This document shows positions 9,718 to 18,725 of a stretch of DNA of 18,725 nucleotides, piece after piece. The notes under the pieces were generated by a model, which saw only the letters and a list, made by a program, of their open reading frames with translations, had not been told where the DNA came from and ran no database searches. Source of the DNA: Fonticula alba ATCC 38817 (lineage: Eukaryota; Protista; Nucleariida); assembly GCA_000388065.2 (NCBI GenBank), contig KB932204.1, one strand, 5' to 3'. A program made the position numbers and the translations under genes. Position 1 is the first letter of the stretch. The number at the start of each line of letters is the position of its first letter.

Positions 9718-9739
9718 GTGCGCACGTTCGCGTGCGCAC
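9718..9739. other. Perfect 9-bp inverted repeat with TTCG loop (GTGCGCACG-TTCG-CGTGCGCAC)
   Basis: Arms 9718-9726 and 9731-9739 are exact reverse complements. Confidence 0.8.
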
Positions 9740-10119
9740 CCCCCCCCCCCCCCCGCCTCTCTCTCCTCAGGCAGGAGGGGGGAGCACGGTTAACTGACGG
9801 TGCGGAAGCAACCAAATCGGGTTCTATTAAGGAGCGGAAAGGTCGCCGACCAATGGGACAGGCAAGGTTGGCTTGAGAGTCTTTCCTTCGCGCAGGGGGA
9901 GTCTTGGGGGGCAGGGGACAATGAGCACCGGGGCAAGGGGCGGCGGGCGGAATGCGAGCAACTGTGAAAGGGGGGCCCGGGAGGAGGACCGAGGAGGAGG
10001 AGGAGGAGGAGGAGGAGAGGAGGGAGATGATAGTCTGCCTATTTGAAAGAGGGAAGGTGGCAGGGAGCACTGCGGAGTATGTGTGCTTGTGTGTCCACGC
10101 GAGCAGCCCCGAGAAGTGC

Positions 10120-13100
10120 TCAATCGGCAAGAGCAGTTGCCCAACCAAGTGCACAAGCGCGGACCCTGAAGAAAAAATACATCCTTACCCAGTCCCTCGG
10201 GGTTTGGTGGAAGCCAAGCTATAATGGCGGAGAGGGAGAGAAAGAGCCAGACCGAGAGGGAGAGGGAGAAGGCGGGGGGGGAGGGGGGGGGGGAAGGACG
10301 GGATGCGCCGCCAGGCAGACATTGCTTACTGGAAGCCGTGGTGATGGTGATGGTGGTGCGAGGCAGGCGCCTGGATAGTGCTGCCGGCTCCGCCGGCGGT
10401 CGAGGGCATGGCCAGGAAGCCGCCGGTGGAGGCATACCCATTGTGGAGGCCTGGGGGCTGGGCTGCAGTGGGTACGGGGGGACTGGAGCCCCCACTGGAA
10501 CTGGTGGTAAAGCCGGGGACATTCGACCCGACGGCCAGTCCGCTGGCGAAGTAGGGCAGCGCCAGCGGCTGCCCTGGGGGTGGCCCGGCCCCGGCCATGT
10601 GGTGTGGCTGGGCCTGCGATGAGAGGTGATAGTCGTGCAGGAGCAGCTGGTGAGGCGGCGACGCATGGTGCACATGCGAATGGGCCGGATGCATGTGCGG
10701 ATGGTGCGAATGGTGGTGCGAATGGTGGTGCAGGTGGTGCAGGTGGTGAGGGTGATGCGAGTGCGGGGGGACGGATGAAGTGGCGGCCGCCATGGCCGCG
10801 GCAAACAGCTGCCCCGTTGCCCCAGCATTGCCAGCACCTCCGGGAAGATGGAGCAGCGAGGAGGGAGCAGACGATTGGCCAGCATCCTCCATCGAATACT
10901 TGCCGCCGCTTCCCGAGGCGGACAATTGTCGCGGGTGGTGGCCGATGGGGGCCGGGGCGCCGCCCATCGTGGCCGCCGGCGAGCTCACACAGGCACCACA
11001 ATGGCCGAGGCCCGCACAGGCGCAGCTCATTCCCAGCGGGAGCCAGGCCTGCCCGGGCCCGGGGAAAAGCTCGGCCCCATTGCCAGATACCGGTGGCGAG
11101 CCGCCAGCCGTCGACATTGGCACAGGCATTGACGCGTGGCGAACGTGCACGGCAGTGGCCACCGCCGGGGCAGCTGACGACGCCGTCACCGCGCCAACCG
11201 AGTCGGCAAACAGCGACCCGGAAAGGGACAGAGCCGATGGCCGGCCGCCAACCAGGGTAGCAGCAGGAGCGCCCGTCGCCGCCATGGAATCGGTTGCCTC
11301 GACCACAGGCGAGGCGGACTGGCCTGCCTGTGGCGCGCGATACTGTACAAAGGCCGATGTGGTGGTGGTGGTGGTGGCGCCGGCGCCGGCAGCGGCCGCG
11401 GCAGCCGCGGCACTGGCCACGGCTGCCGCTGATCCCGGCGGCAGGAACATCAAATCCGCCGGTGCCGTGGCTACCAGTCCCTCACTGGAGTCCAGCAAGG
11501 GGGGCCCACCAGCCTTCGGCAGGGTGGGATCCTCTTTCTCCTCCGGCGCACAGGCTTCCGCCACCGAGGACAGCTCGGCACTGGCGGTTTGCGAGCGGAC
11601 CAGCGCCCCGGGCCTCGGCGTGCCGATCGCGCCGAACTGGCTCGGTGCTGGGAGATGCAGTCCGGTGGATGCTGTTCCCCCGGTCAGAGCGTAGCCGGGC
11701 CCGATGAAATGCGGCTGCGAGGCGCCATTTGGCGGGGCAAGGTCCTCCGCCTCCAGATGGGTGGACAGGGTATGCGGATGCAGGTCGGCTACTGGCAGGG
11801 ACATGGGAGAGGGGCTCGATTAGAGGGGGTAGGGGGCAGTGGGCAGCGGGCGGGGGGGGGGGGGAGGCGGATCGTGCAGAAAGATGATGTGCGTTTGAAT
11901 GTGCAACAGAGCAGGGCCATACACTCGGGCCCCCGGGCGGGAGGAGAGGAGGAGGAGGAGTATGCATGTCGGGGGAAGAGTCGGACATCCGTTGGCCTGG
12001 GGCGCCGGGAGAGGAGAGAGGGCGGTCAGAGAAGCCGAACAGAAGGCGGAAGGGAGGGGGGGGGGGGGAACCCATCCAAAAGGGTGGGACGCACGGAGAC
12101 GCGGTCGTGTGAAGGGGGGCCGGTGCCGTCGGCTGGGGGTGAGATGCCAAGAAGGAGTGGCTGCTTCCGGCATCAGTGATGCCCAGCCCCAGTAGCGAAT
12201 GCGACAGAGCGGCCAGCGTGCCATCCTCGCCCGACATGCCGGCCCGCGTGGGATAGTGCGTGGCACTGGCCACAGTTGGATCGGTGGCCACCGAGGATCC
12301 CATGTCGGGTCCTGTGTCTCCACCAGGCGCCAGCGGGACACCCGTCGGTGTCAGGAGCATGTACTCCGTCAGGCCGAAGTTTCGAGGAAGGGGCGACGGC
12401 GAAGGGGCCGCACCAAGTCGAGAAAAGCCGAAGGGCACACTAGTCGGTGGCTGGGTCTGTGGCCCGGCCCCGGCATTCGCGCCGCCCAGTAGATGCGGGA
12501 CCTGGGACGATGTCTGGGACATCAACGGCGGGACGGACACCATGGGAAGTGAGCGCGACCGCGCATGTGAGCCCAATAGCCCAGGGTGCGGTGGCGCGGC
12601 CAATGGGATGAACGAGGGAACCGATGTCACGGCCGGGGGGGGAATGGATGCGGAGACCACGGAGTGCGCCATGGAAGAGGTGTCACTTGTCCCCGCTGTC
12701 GACACCGCGGTGGAGGAGATTGTGGAAGCAAGGAGCGCTGGTGAAGAGGAACTCCCATCTAGACCGGCACGGATGGAGCTGCTGGAGGGGGAGGACGAGG
12801 ACGAGGAAGAGGACGAGGAGGAGGAGGAGGACGAGGAGGAGGACGAGAACAAGGACGAGGAGGGTGGGGTTGCCGTTAGGCTGGTGACTACAGGGCTTGG
12901 GGATCCGCCGCCGCGGACATCGCTGGGTTCCCAGCAGGAGGAGACATCCGACTGGTCGAGAGCCTCCGGCACCTTGGCCAGGGCGGCGCGCGGTGACAGG
13001 CGACTGGCATTGGTGGCAGCTCCTGTGCCGGGCTGGCTGGCTGCTGAAGAGGTCAATGACAGGGACGACGAGGGCGGCGGGGGTGGGGCCGACTCCTCCG

Positions 13101-13489
13101 AGGCAATGCCTGCCACAAGTGACAGACCGGTCCCCGATGGAAGGTGATAGTTAAGATGGTGACCAAGGTGGTGATGGTGGCCAAGCTGATGATGTTGCTG
13201 TTGCTGCTGGTGGTGGTGGTGTTGCTGCTGGTGGTGGTGGTGTTGATGTTGCTGGTGCGGGTGCGGGTGCGGGTGCGGGTGCGGGTGCTGTTGCTGCTGG
13301 TGGTGGGGATGGTGGCCATGATGGTGGTGTTGGCCGACAGGGTGATGCTGGCCGAGGGGATGGCCATGATGGCTGAGATGGGGGTGGGCGATCGGGCTGA
13401 GATGACCAAGATGATGGAACGCCAGCGCTGTTGCCGCATTCGTGCCATGTAGGCCGTTCAAGCCGGGCAGAGATCCGGGGGGAGCCGCT

Positions 13490-13528
<39 letters not shown>

Positions 13529-13952
13529 GAGCCCCCCGAGCCACCAGACGCGGATGAGGGGGGTGATGGTGGAGGGAGGGATCCAAGCGACATGGGGGTC
13601 CCAGTCGTGGAGGAAGAGCTCATCGATGTGGAGGACCCTCCGATAGACGTGGAGGACCCAAGCGAGGAAAGTGACGACTGGGCTGAGCAGGAGGAGGGCG
13701 ATGATGACAGAAGTGAGGGACCGCCTGATGCTGCGTGCAACTGTGCATGCGCGTGTGCATGAGGATGCATGTAGGACTGCATCAGAGCGTGTGGCCCCGG
13801 CACCGACGATGACTGTTGCGACTGCTGTTGGGGCATCGATTGCAGCATCACTTGTGGTGTGTGTGAGTGGTGCATCGGGAGAGGGAAGGCGCCGGAGGGG
13901 GGCTTGCTGTGGGAAAGGAACCCGCCGATTGTGGCACCTCGGTCACTGTTAT

Positions 13953-13983
<31 letters not shown>

Positions 13984-15045
13984 GCTGGCACCGGAATAGG
14001 AATGTCGCCGATTTGAGAAGTAGTGTGCTGGCGGTGAGGAGGGATCTACCGTGGAAAAGATGCCTCCACCAGCAAGGCCCGTAGGCGAGGGGAGAGCCCG
14101 GGCCGAAGTGCTACCCACGGTGGACTGATGGTGAGAGAGCTGATGGTGTTGCAGCTGCGACTGCGACTGCGACTGCGGCTGCGGCTGCGGCTGCGGCTGC
14201 TGGTGATGCGAGTGGTGCAATCGTGCAACGGATGCTCCGGCAGAGGAGACACCCGGGCGCACTGGAGCAACAACAGCCACTGCGGCCATGGCTGCCTCCA
14301 TGAGGCCCGGTTGGGAGGAAGTGCCGAGACCGGGACTGGCCGGGGCAGTGGCTGAGAGCCCGATGGTGCCGGAAGCCAGAGCAGCGTTGACACCGACCCC
14401 GGGCGACGCGGCATCCGACATGGGCGAATCCACCGAGAGCAGCAAATCCGTCGGTAGGAGATCCCCAAGAACCACATCCACGCGAGGAGATCGGGCGGAG
14501 GGCAGTGCAGGAGCGGCGGCGGTGGTGGTGGTGGTGGCGGCGGCGGCGGCTGCTGCTACTGCTGCGGAGGCGGCGGCAGTAGCAGCAGCGGCAGCGGCAG
14601 CGGCAGCACTGGCAGCAGTGGTGGTGGCGGTGGTGGTGGCCACAGGCCCCGCCGTGGCTACCCCAGGAGGCGAGCCAGCAGACGAGGAGGCAACACCCAG
14701 TGCCGAGCCGGGCCGGGAGGGGGGAAGCCGGCCGACTGGCTCATCGCCCAGGGGGAGAATCACAGGCGAGGAAGAGACCCCGCCGCCGGTGAAGAATGCC
14801 CCACTGACCACCGTGGACGGGGTGAGACCACTGGCTGCCGAGCCAAGACCGGAGCTGAGGGATCCACGTCGACGCCCGCCCTGGAAGCCGGTCGGTCCGC
14901 TACTGGGCGGCGGCGAGTAGGATCGCCGACCTCCTGGACGTGAGTGCTGGTCGCCGGATCGCGAGGGCCCGAGGGAGGAGGGCAATGGCGAAAGGGGCGT
15001 ATGCGAGCGCGAGTGCCGGCCCCCTCCACTGGTGGAGGAGTTGTT

Positions 15046-15080
<35 letters not shown>

Positions 15081-17666
15081 TGGTGGTGGACGATCCGGAA
15101 CCCGGGCCGGTCGAGGTGCCTGACCAGTCGCCGAGCCCGGCGGCCGGGAGCTCGGGGAAAGGTTCCTCCTGGCCGGCCAGCGGACCGTCCACATAGAAAA
15201 GCTTCGGCCGGTAGACGGCCTTCTCGAACATGATGTTGCTATTCCGGAAGTGGCCGATCAGAGCATCGCGGCCTTGAATCCGAGCAAAGGACAGAAGGCA
15301 GATCTTGTCCGAGTTGAAACGCTCCCAGCGTTGGCCATTGAAGCGCTCGAAAATGTGCAGCAACGGCGGGCCAGGCCGCGCGAAATTGACAAAGGCATAC
15401 CCGACATTGCACTGGTTGTTGAAGTCAATCGGCAGGTACACAAAGTCGATCATCGGGACGGCCGCCTTGTCGAAGGCCTCCAGCAGCATCTCCTGGGTAT
15501 ACTTATTCGGGATGTTGCGGATCATCAAGGTTGTTCGGCGCTCTTGCCCGCTGCGGACTTGCTCCGGGCAGAAGACAAATGGATCGGGCACGCTGTTTGC
15601 GGTGGGCCCGCTGCCTGTAGACCCGCCGCCGCCACCGGAGGAGGAGGAGGAGGATGAAGAAGAGCCTCCAGCGAAGGGGGATCCCGAACCGGTGCCAGAA
15701 GAGGGACCCCCGCCGGAGGCCTCGGACACCGAGCCGGAGCGGGCGAATCGGAAGGGAGGAGTCGTGCCAGCTGCGATGGGCCCAGCAGGTCCGCCACCAC
15801 CGCGTGTGCTGGCACTCGAGGGACCGGTGGTGGTAGGCTGCCCGCCAAGGCCGGCGGCCGAGGTCCCGGGCGCACGGCCACGCGGAGCTGTGACCAGAGC
15901 ATTCGAGGTAAGAAAGGTAGGCCCATGTCCAAATTGGGGGGGAGGGGGGGGAGTCAGCGGAAGAAGGGGCCATCGAGAGGTCCATTGAACCGCGATGGGC
16001 GGATGAGCGGGCAGGAGGCAGAGCGAATGAGAGGGAGAGGGAGAGGGGGAGAGAGAGAGGGAGGGAGGGGGTGGGGAAGTGCGAGAACGGACCGGTGAAC
16101 TCTTGCTGGTTACCTCCAGAGGACCAAGATCGATGGTGACCGGACGCGTGGGCGCCGGTGTCGGACCAGCGTCCGCGATAGCCGGCGCCGCTGCTGCCGT
16201 GAGGGTCGCTGTCGGTGGAGAACTTCCCTCGATCTAGAGGCAGGAGCAGACCCCCATCGATGGATCCCTTTCGCCGAGCAATCCCCCCATGTCCATGATG
16301 TGCATTGGCAGACTGGCGATGGTCAAGCGAGGCTTGGAAGGCGGCCGAGGCGGCAGCCGCAGCGGCGATCGGGTCATTTCGATCCAACATGGATGCGGGG
16401 CCCGGAGCGCCGGGCCCGGAGCCACCACCGGCGCCGTGGCTGTATGACAGGTGTGGCAGGGAATAGCGGCGGCCATTGGAAGGACGCGCAGAGACGGGGG
16501 GCTGCATGATGGGAGTCCGAGGAGCAGAACGGCGGGGGGGAGATGGTCAGAAGATGAGATGAGAGCTCCAGCATGGGTGTGGGAGAGGGCAGTCGCGAGG
16601 GGGGGGGAGAGAGAAGGCGTACCGGTCCGGGGTGAGGCTCAACCGAAGGACCGGCAGAGGGAGCCGCCGGGGGGGTGGCCACAATGTACCGTGGCCCGGC
16701 CACATCGAAGAGGCACACCGAAAGGGAGAGTTGGTGCTCGGGGGAATGATTGGAAAGGGTCCGGTAGAGGAGATCCGAAGCGCGACGAGCGTCGCGCACG
16801 TCGAAAAACTCCAGTCGCCAGCCCACCTTGTCAGACTGGGCGGCGCCACCGTTTGCAGCAGTGCCGGTCGCCGGGGTGGCCGCCGCCTGGGGGCAGGCGG
16901 CGGGCTGTGTGCCGGACTGAGGCCCCCCGGCCGGGGCACCGGCGGGCCTCTCCGCGCCGGCGGGGTGGTCCAGGCTGCTGGTGGATTGGCTGCGATTTCG
17001 CATGCGCATGGCCAGCAGGGGCTTGGGATTGGAGAGGAGATTGTCACGCCAGTGGTTGACGAGGCTCATGATGTGACGCCGGTCCTCGGGCGAAGACTCG
17101 GCCGGGAGGAGCTGGTGGGCCAGGGCCCGAGCGCTGAGGCTGCCGGCCTCTTCGAGGTCGGGCATATTGGGCAGGGTTCGAGCCGAGAAGAAGAACACCC
17201 AAAGGAGGGACTTGTCGTTGAGAGGGTGCCGCTCGAAGGACACGCCGAGGGCCCCGCCGCGGGCAGCAGGCCCGGCACTGGACAGGAGGGTGGTTTCGAA
17301 GCGCTTGGCCGCGCGTGAATCGAAGAAGACAAGCTCCACACCATGGCAGCCATCCTTGGTCGAGGCCGGCGGCAGCGGGCTCGAATATTGGAGATCAAAG
17401 GAAGACTGGGGAGGGGGTCAGGGCGGGAATGGGCCGGGTAGACTGGCGGGCGAACGAAAGGCACCCATTTGCGATCCGGCAAGGGGGGGGGGGGGGCGAG
17501 GCAGTGAATGAGTTGTCAGCTGTACCTTGGCAAGGTCGATGATTTCCATGGCCTCGGCCTCACTGGCGCAGCCGGTCACCAGGAGACAGCGACTGTGGCT
17601 GACGCTGTTGGACCAGGCATTTCCATTTGGTCGAAGGGCATTGCGCTGCCTCCTACGGTCGGCCAT
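10120..17666 (-). CDS. mei2: Giant Mei2-like RNA-binding protein (two divergent RRMs + Mei2-type RRM + very long low-complexity tail); exons 17666-17526, 17405-16623, 16501-16093, 15887-12095, 11996-11923, 11791-10330, 10218-10189, then 10165-10120 or 10038-9612
   Basis: Diagnostic Mei2 RRM: RRTTLMIRNIPNKYTQEMLL..DFVYLPIDFNNQCNVGYAFVNF..FNGQRWERFNSDKICLLSFARIQGRDALIGHFRNSNIM. Upstream RRM-like pieces: SRCLLVTG..VFFDSRAAKR and KSLLWVFF..LEFFDVRDARRA. Start is gtcATGG at 17666, with an in-frame stop upstream at 17693. All introns are GT-AG and phase-consistent. The N-terminal half is well supported; linkage of exons below 12095 and the final exon are less certain. Confidence 0.85.
15193..15543 (-). 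other. Mei2-type C-terminal RRM domain (RRM_2 family) coding segment
   Basis: Near-canonical match to the Mei2/AML/TE1 RRM3 signature, from ERRTTLMIRNIP to YRPKLFY. Confidence 0.95.
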
Positions 17667-17733
17667 GACGAGCGAGGGGCCCAGGAGCGGTCAAGCGGAG
17701 CTGCGTGAGGCGGGAGCCAAGGTAGTCTGTCTG

Positions 17734-18092
17734 CTGACGGTGAGTCGGCGGCAGGGGGCAGTTGGAGCATAGTTTGCGAGGTAAAGGGAAGTAAAGGGAG
17801 AGAAAGGGGGAAAGGGAGAGAAAGAGAGGAAAGAGAGGAAAGAGGAAAGAGAGGAAAGAGGAAAGAGAGGAAAGAGGAAAGAGGAAAGAGAGGAAAGAGG
17901 AAAGAGAGGAAAGAGGAAAGAGAGGAAAGAGGAAAGAGAGGAAAGAGGAAAGAGGGAGAGAGGAAAGAGAGAAAGAGAGAGAGAGAGGAAAGAGAGAAAG
18001 AGGGAGAGAGGAAAGAGAGAAAGAGGGAGAGAGAAAGAGGGAGAGAGAAAGAGGGAGAGAGAAAGAGGGAGAGAGAAAGAAAGAAAAAGAGG

Positions 18093-18123
<31 letters not shown>

Positions 18124-18400
18124 AGGCAAGTCAACCGGGAAAGCGGGCCGAGAAAGGGGGAGGACATACCGGATGCCTACCACAGGCAGGGGCGCATACG
18201 TGAAAAGGGCTGGCCGGATGGAAGGTAACTGAAGCGACGAGGGCTGTCAGGGGGAAGCGCTGAGAACATAAAACATGCACAGGAGGGAGGGAGAACGGCG
18301 TATAGGGGGTTTGGGGGGGGGGGGGGGGGGGGGGCAAACGGCAGGGGTCAGAGCCCAATGCTCGGACAATGAGAGGAGAAAAATAGAACGCGATACTTAC
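17734..18400 (-). promoter_or_regulatory. Probable spliced 5' UTR of the mei2-like gene: introns 18400-18260 and 18199 (or 18169)-17734
   Basis: On -: donor GTAAGT at 18400, acceptor TGTTCTCAG at 18260; donors GTATGC at 18199 and GTATGT at 18169; CTCAC branch-like site and a CAGCAGACAG acceptor cluster at 17736-17727. The intervening sequence is pyrimidine-rich like the other introns. Confidence 0.5.
17793..18126. repeat. 334-bp uninterrupted polypurine tract (mixed GAGGAAA / GAGAGGAAA / GAGAGAAAGAGG units, ending in (GA)n)
   Basis: No C or T on the + strand from 17793 to 18126. Confidence 0.95.
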
Positions 18401-18725
18401 AGGAGTGCTGCTTTGGAGCGGCGAGCTGGGCACCCTCGTGCGGCCACGGGTGCGGCGGGACTGGCAAATTGTGCTTCACGCCCAGAACACTGGGAGCAGG
18501 GGCAAGGCGTGTGGCGGGTGTAAGGGCGTGGGGGGGGGAGGGGGATCTCAAAAGATGGCAAGAGAAAGGAGAGGATGGCGTATGCTTCAAACGGCGGGAG
18601 AGGAAAGAAGCATATAGACACACGCACGCACCCTATTGGATGAGGAGGGACGTTCGGCAAAATCGGAGCGAGGGAGCACGGGCAGAATCGGGGGCCGGGG
18701 GAGGAGGCTCGATCGGGGTGGGGGG

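Noticed and set aside
10326-11804. 492-aa ORF as an independent gene
   Set aside because: Its ATG lies just inside a pyrimidine-rich acceptor region, and phase-consistent introns link it to the mei2-like CDS with the same composition. It remains possible as an alternative model only.
11482-12094. C-terminal about 200 aa of the 1415-aa ORF
   Set aside because: Read-through of introns (GTGCGT donor at 12094, CT/C-rich tracts) and an off-frame overlap with the next exon.
12260-15988. Long + strand ORFs antisense to the mei2-like exon 4 (e.g. 12260-13147, 14288-14920, 15305-15988)
   Set aside because: Shadow ORFs expected opposite GC-rich, Ser/Ala/Gly-rich coding sequence.
18393-18400. ATACTTAC resembling the U1 snRNA 5' end
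   Set aside because: No U1 stem-loops or Sm site follow; it is simply the reverse complement of a GTAAGTAT splice donor on -.

Overview
GC-rich, intron-containing eukaryotic genomic DNA with C/CT-rich introns, CTGAC/CTAAC branch points, many microsatellites and two N-gaps. The style suggests a fungus-related protist such as Fonticula; this is an unverified inference. I reconstructed three spliced genes by hand with phase-consistent GT-AG introns. (1) A 5'-partial lariat debranching enzyme DBR1 (+, 32-2115). (2) A PA-domain signal-peptide-peptidase-like A22B protease (-, 5638-2260, 11 exons, about 634 aa). (3) A very large Mei2-like RRM protein (-, 17666 to about 10120, at least 8 exons, about 2,250-2,370 aa); it absorbs five separate ORF-track ORFs and carries about 1,600 aa of low-complexity sequence after the Mei2 RRM. 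Between the last two genes lies about 4 kb without a recognisable host gene. It contains an apparently identical 546-bp duplication across a 10-N gap, with a short ORF bearing a tyrosine-recombinase-like PYTLRHTAA motif and an adjacent 13-bp inverted repeat, plus a possible small divergent spliced ORF. No rRNA, tRNA or CRISPR array was found. Most other ORF-track entries are GC-rich shadow ORFs.
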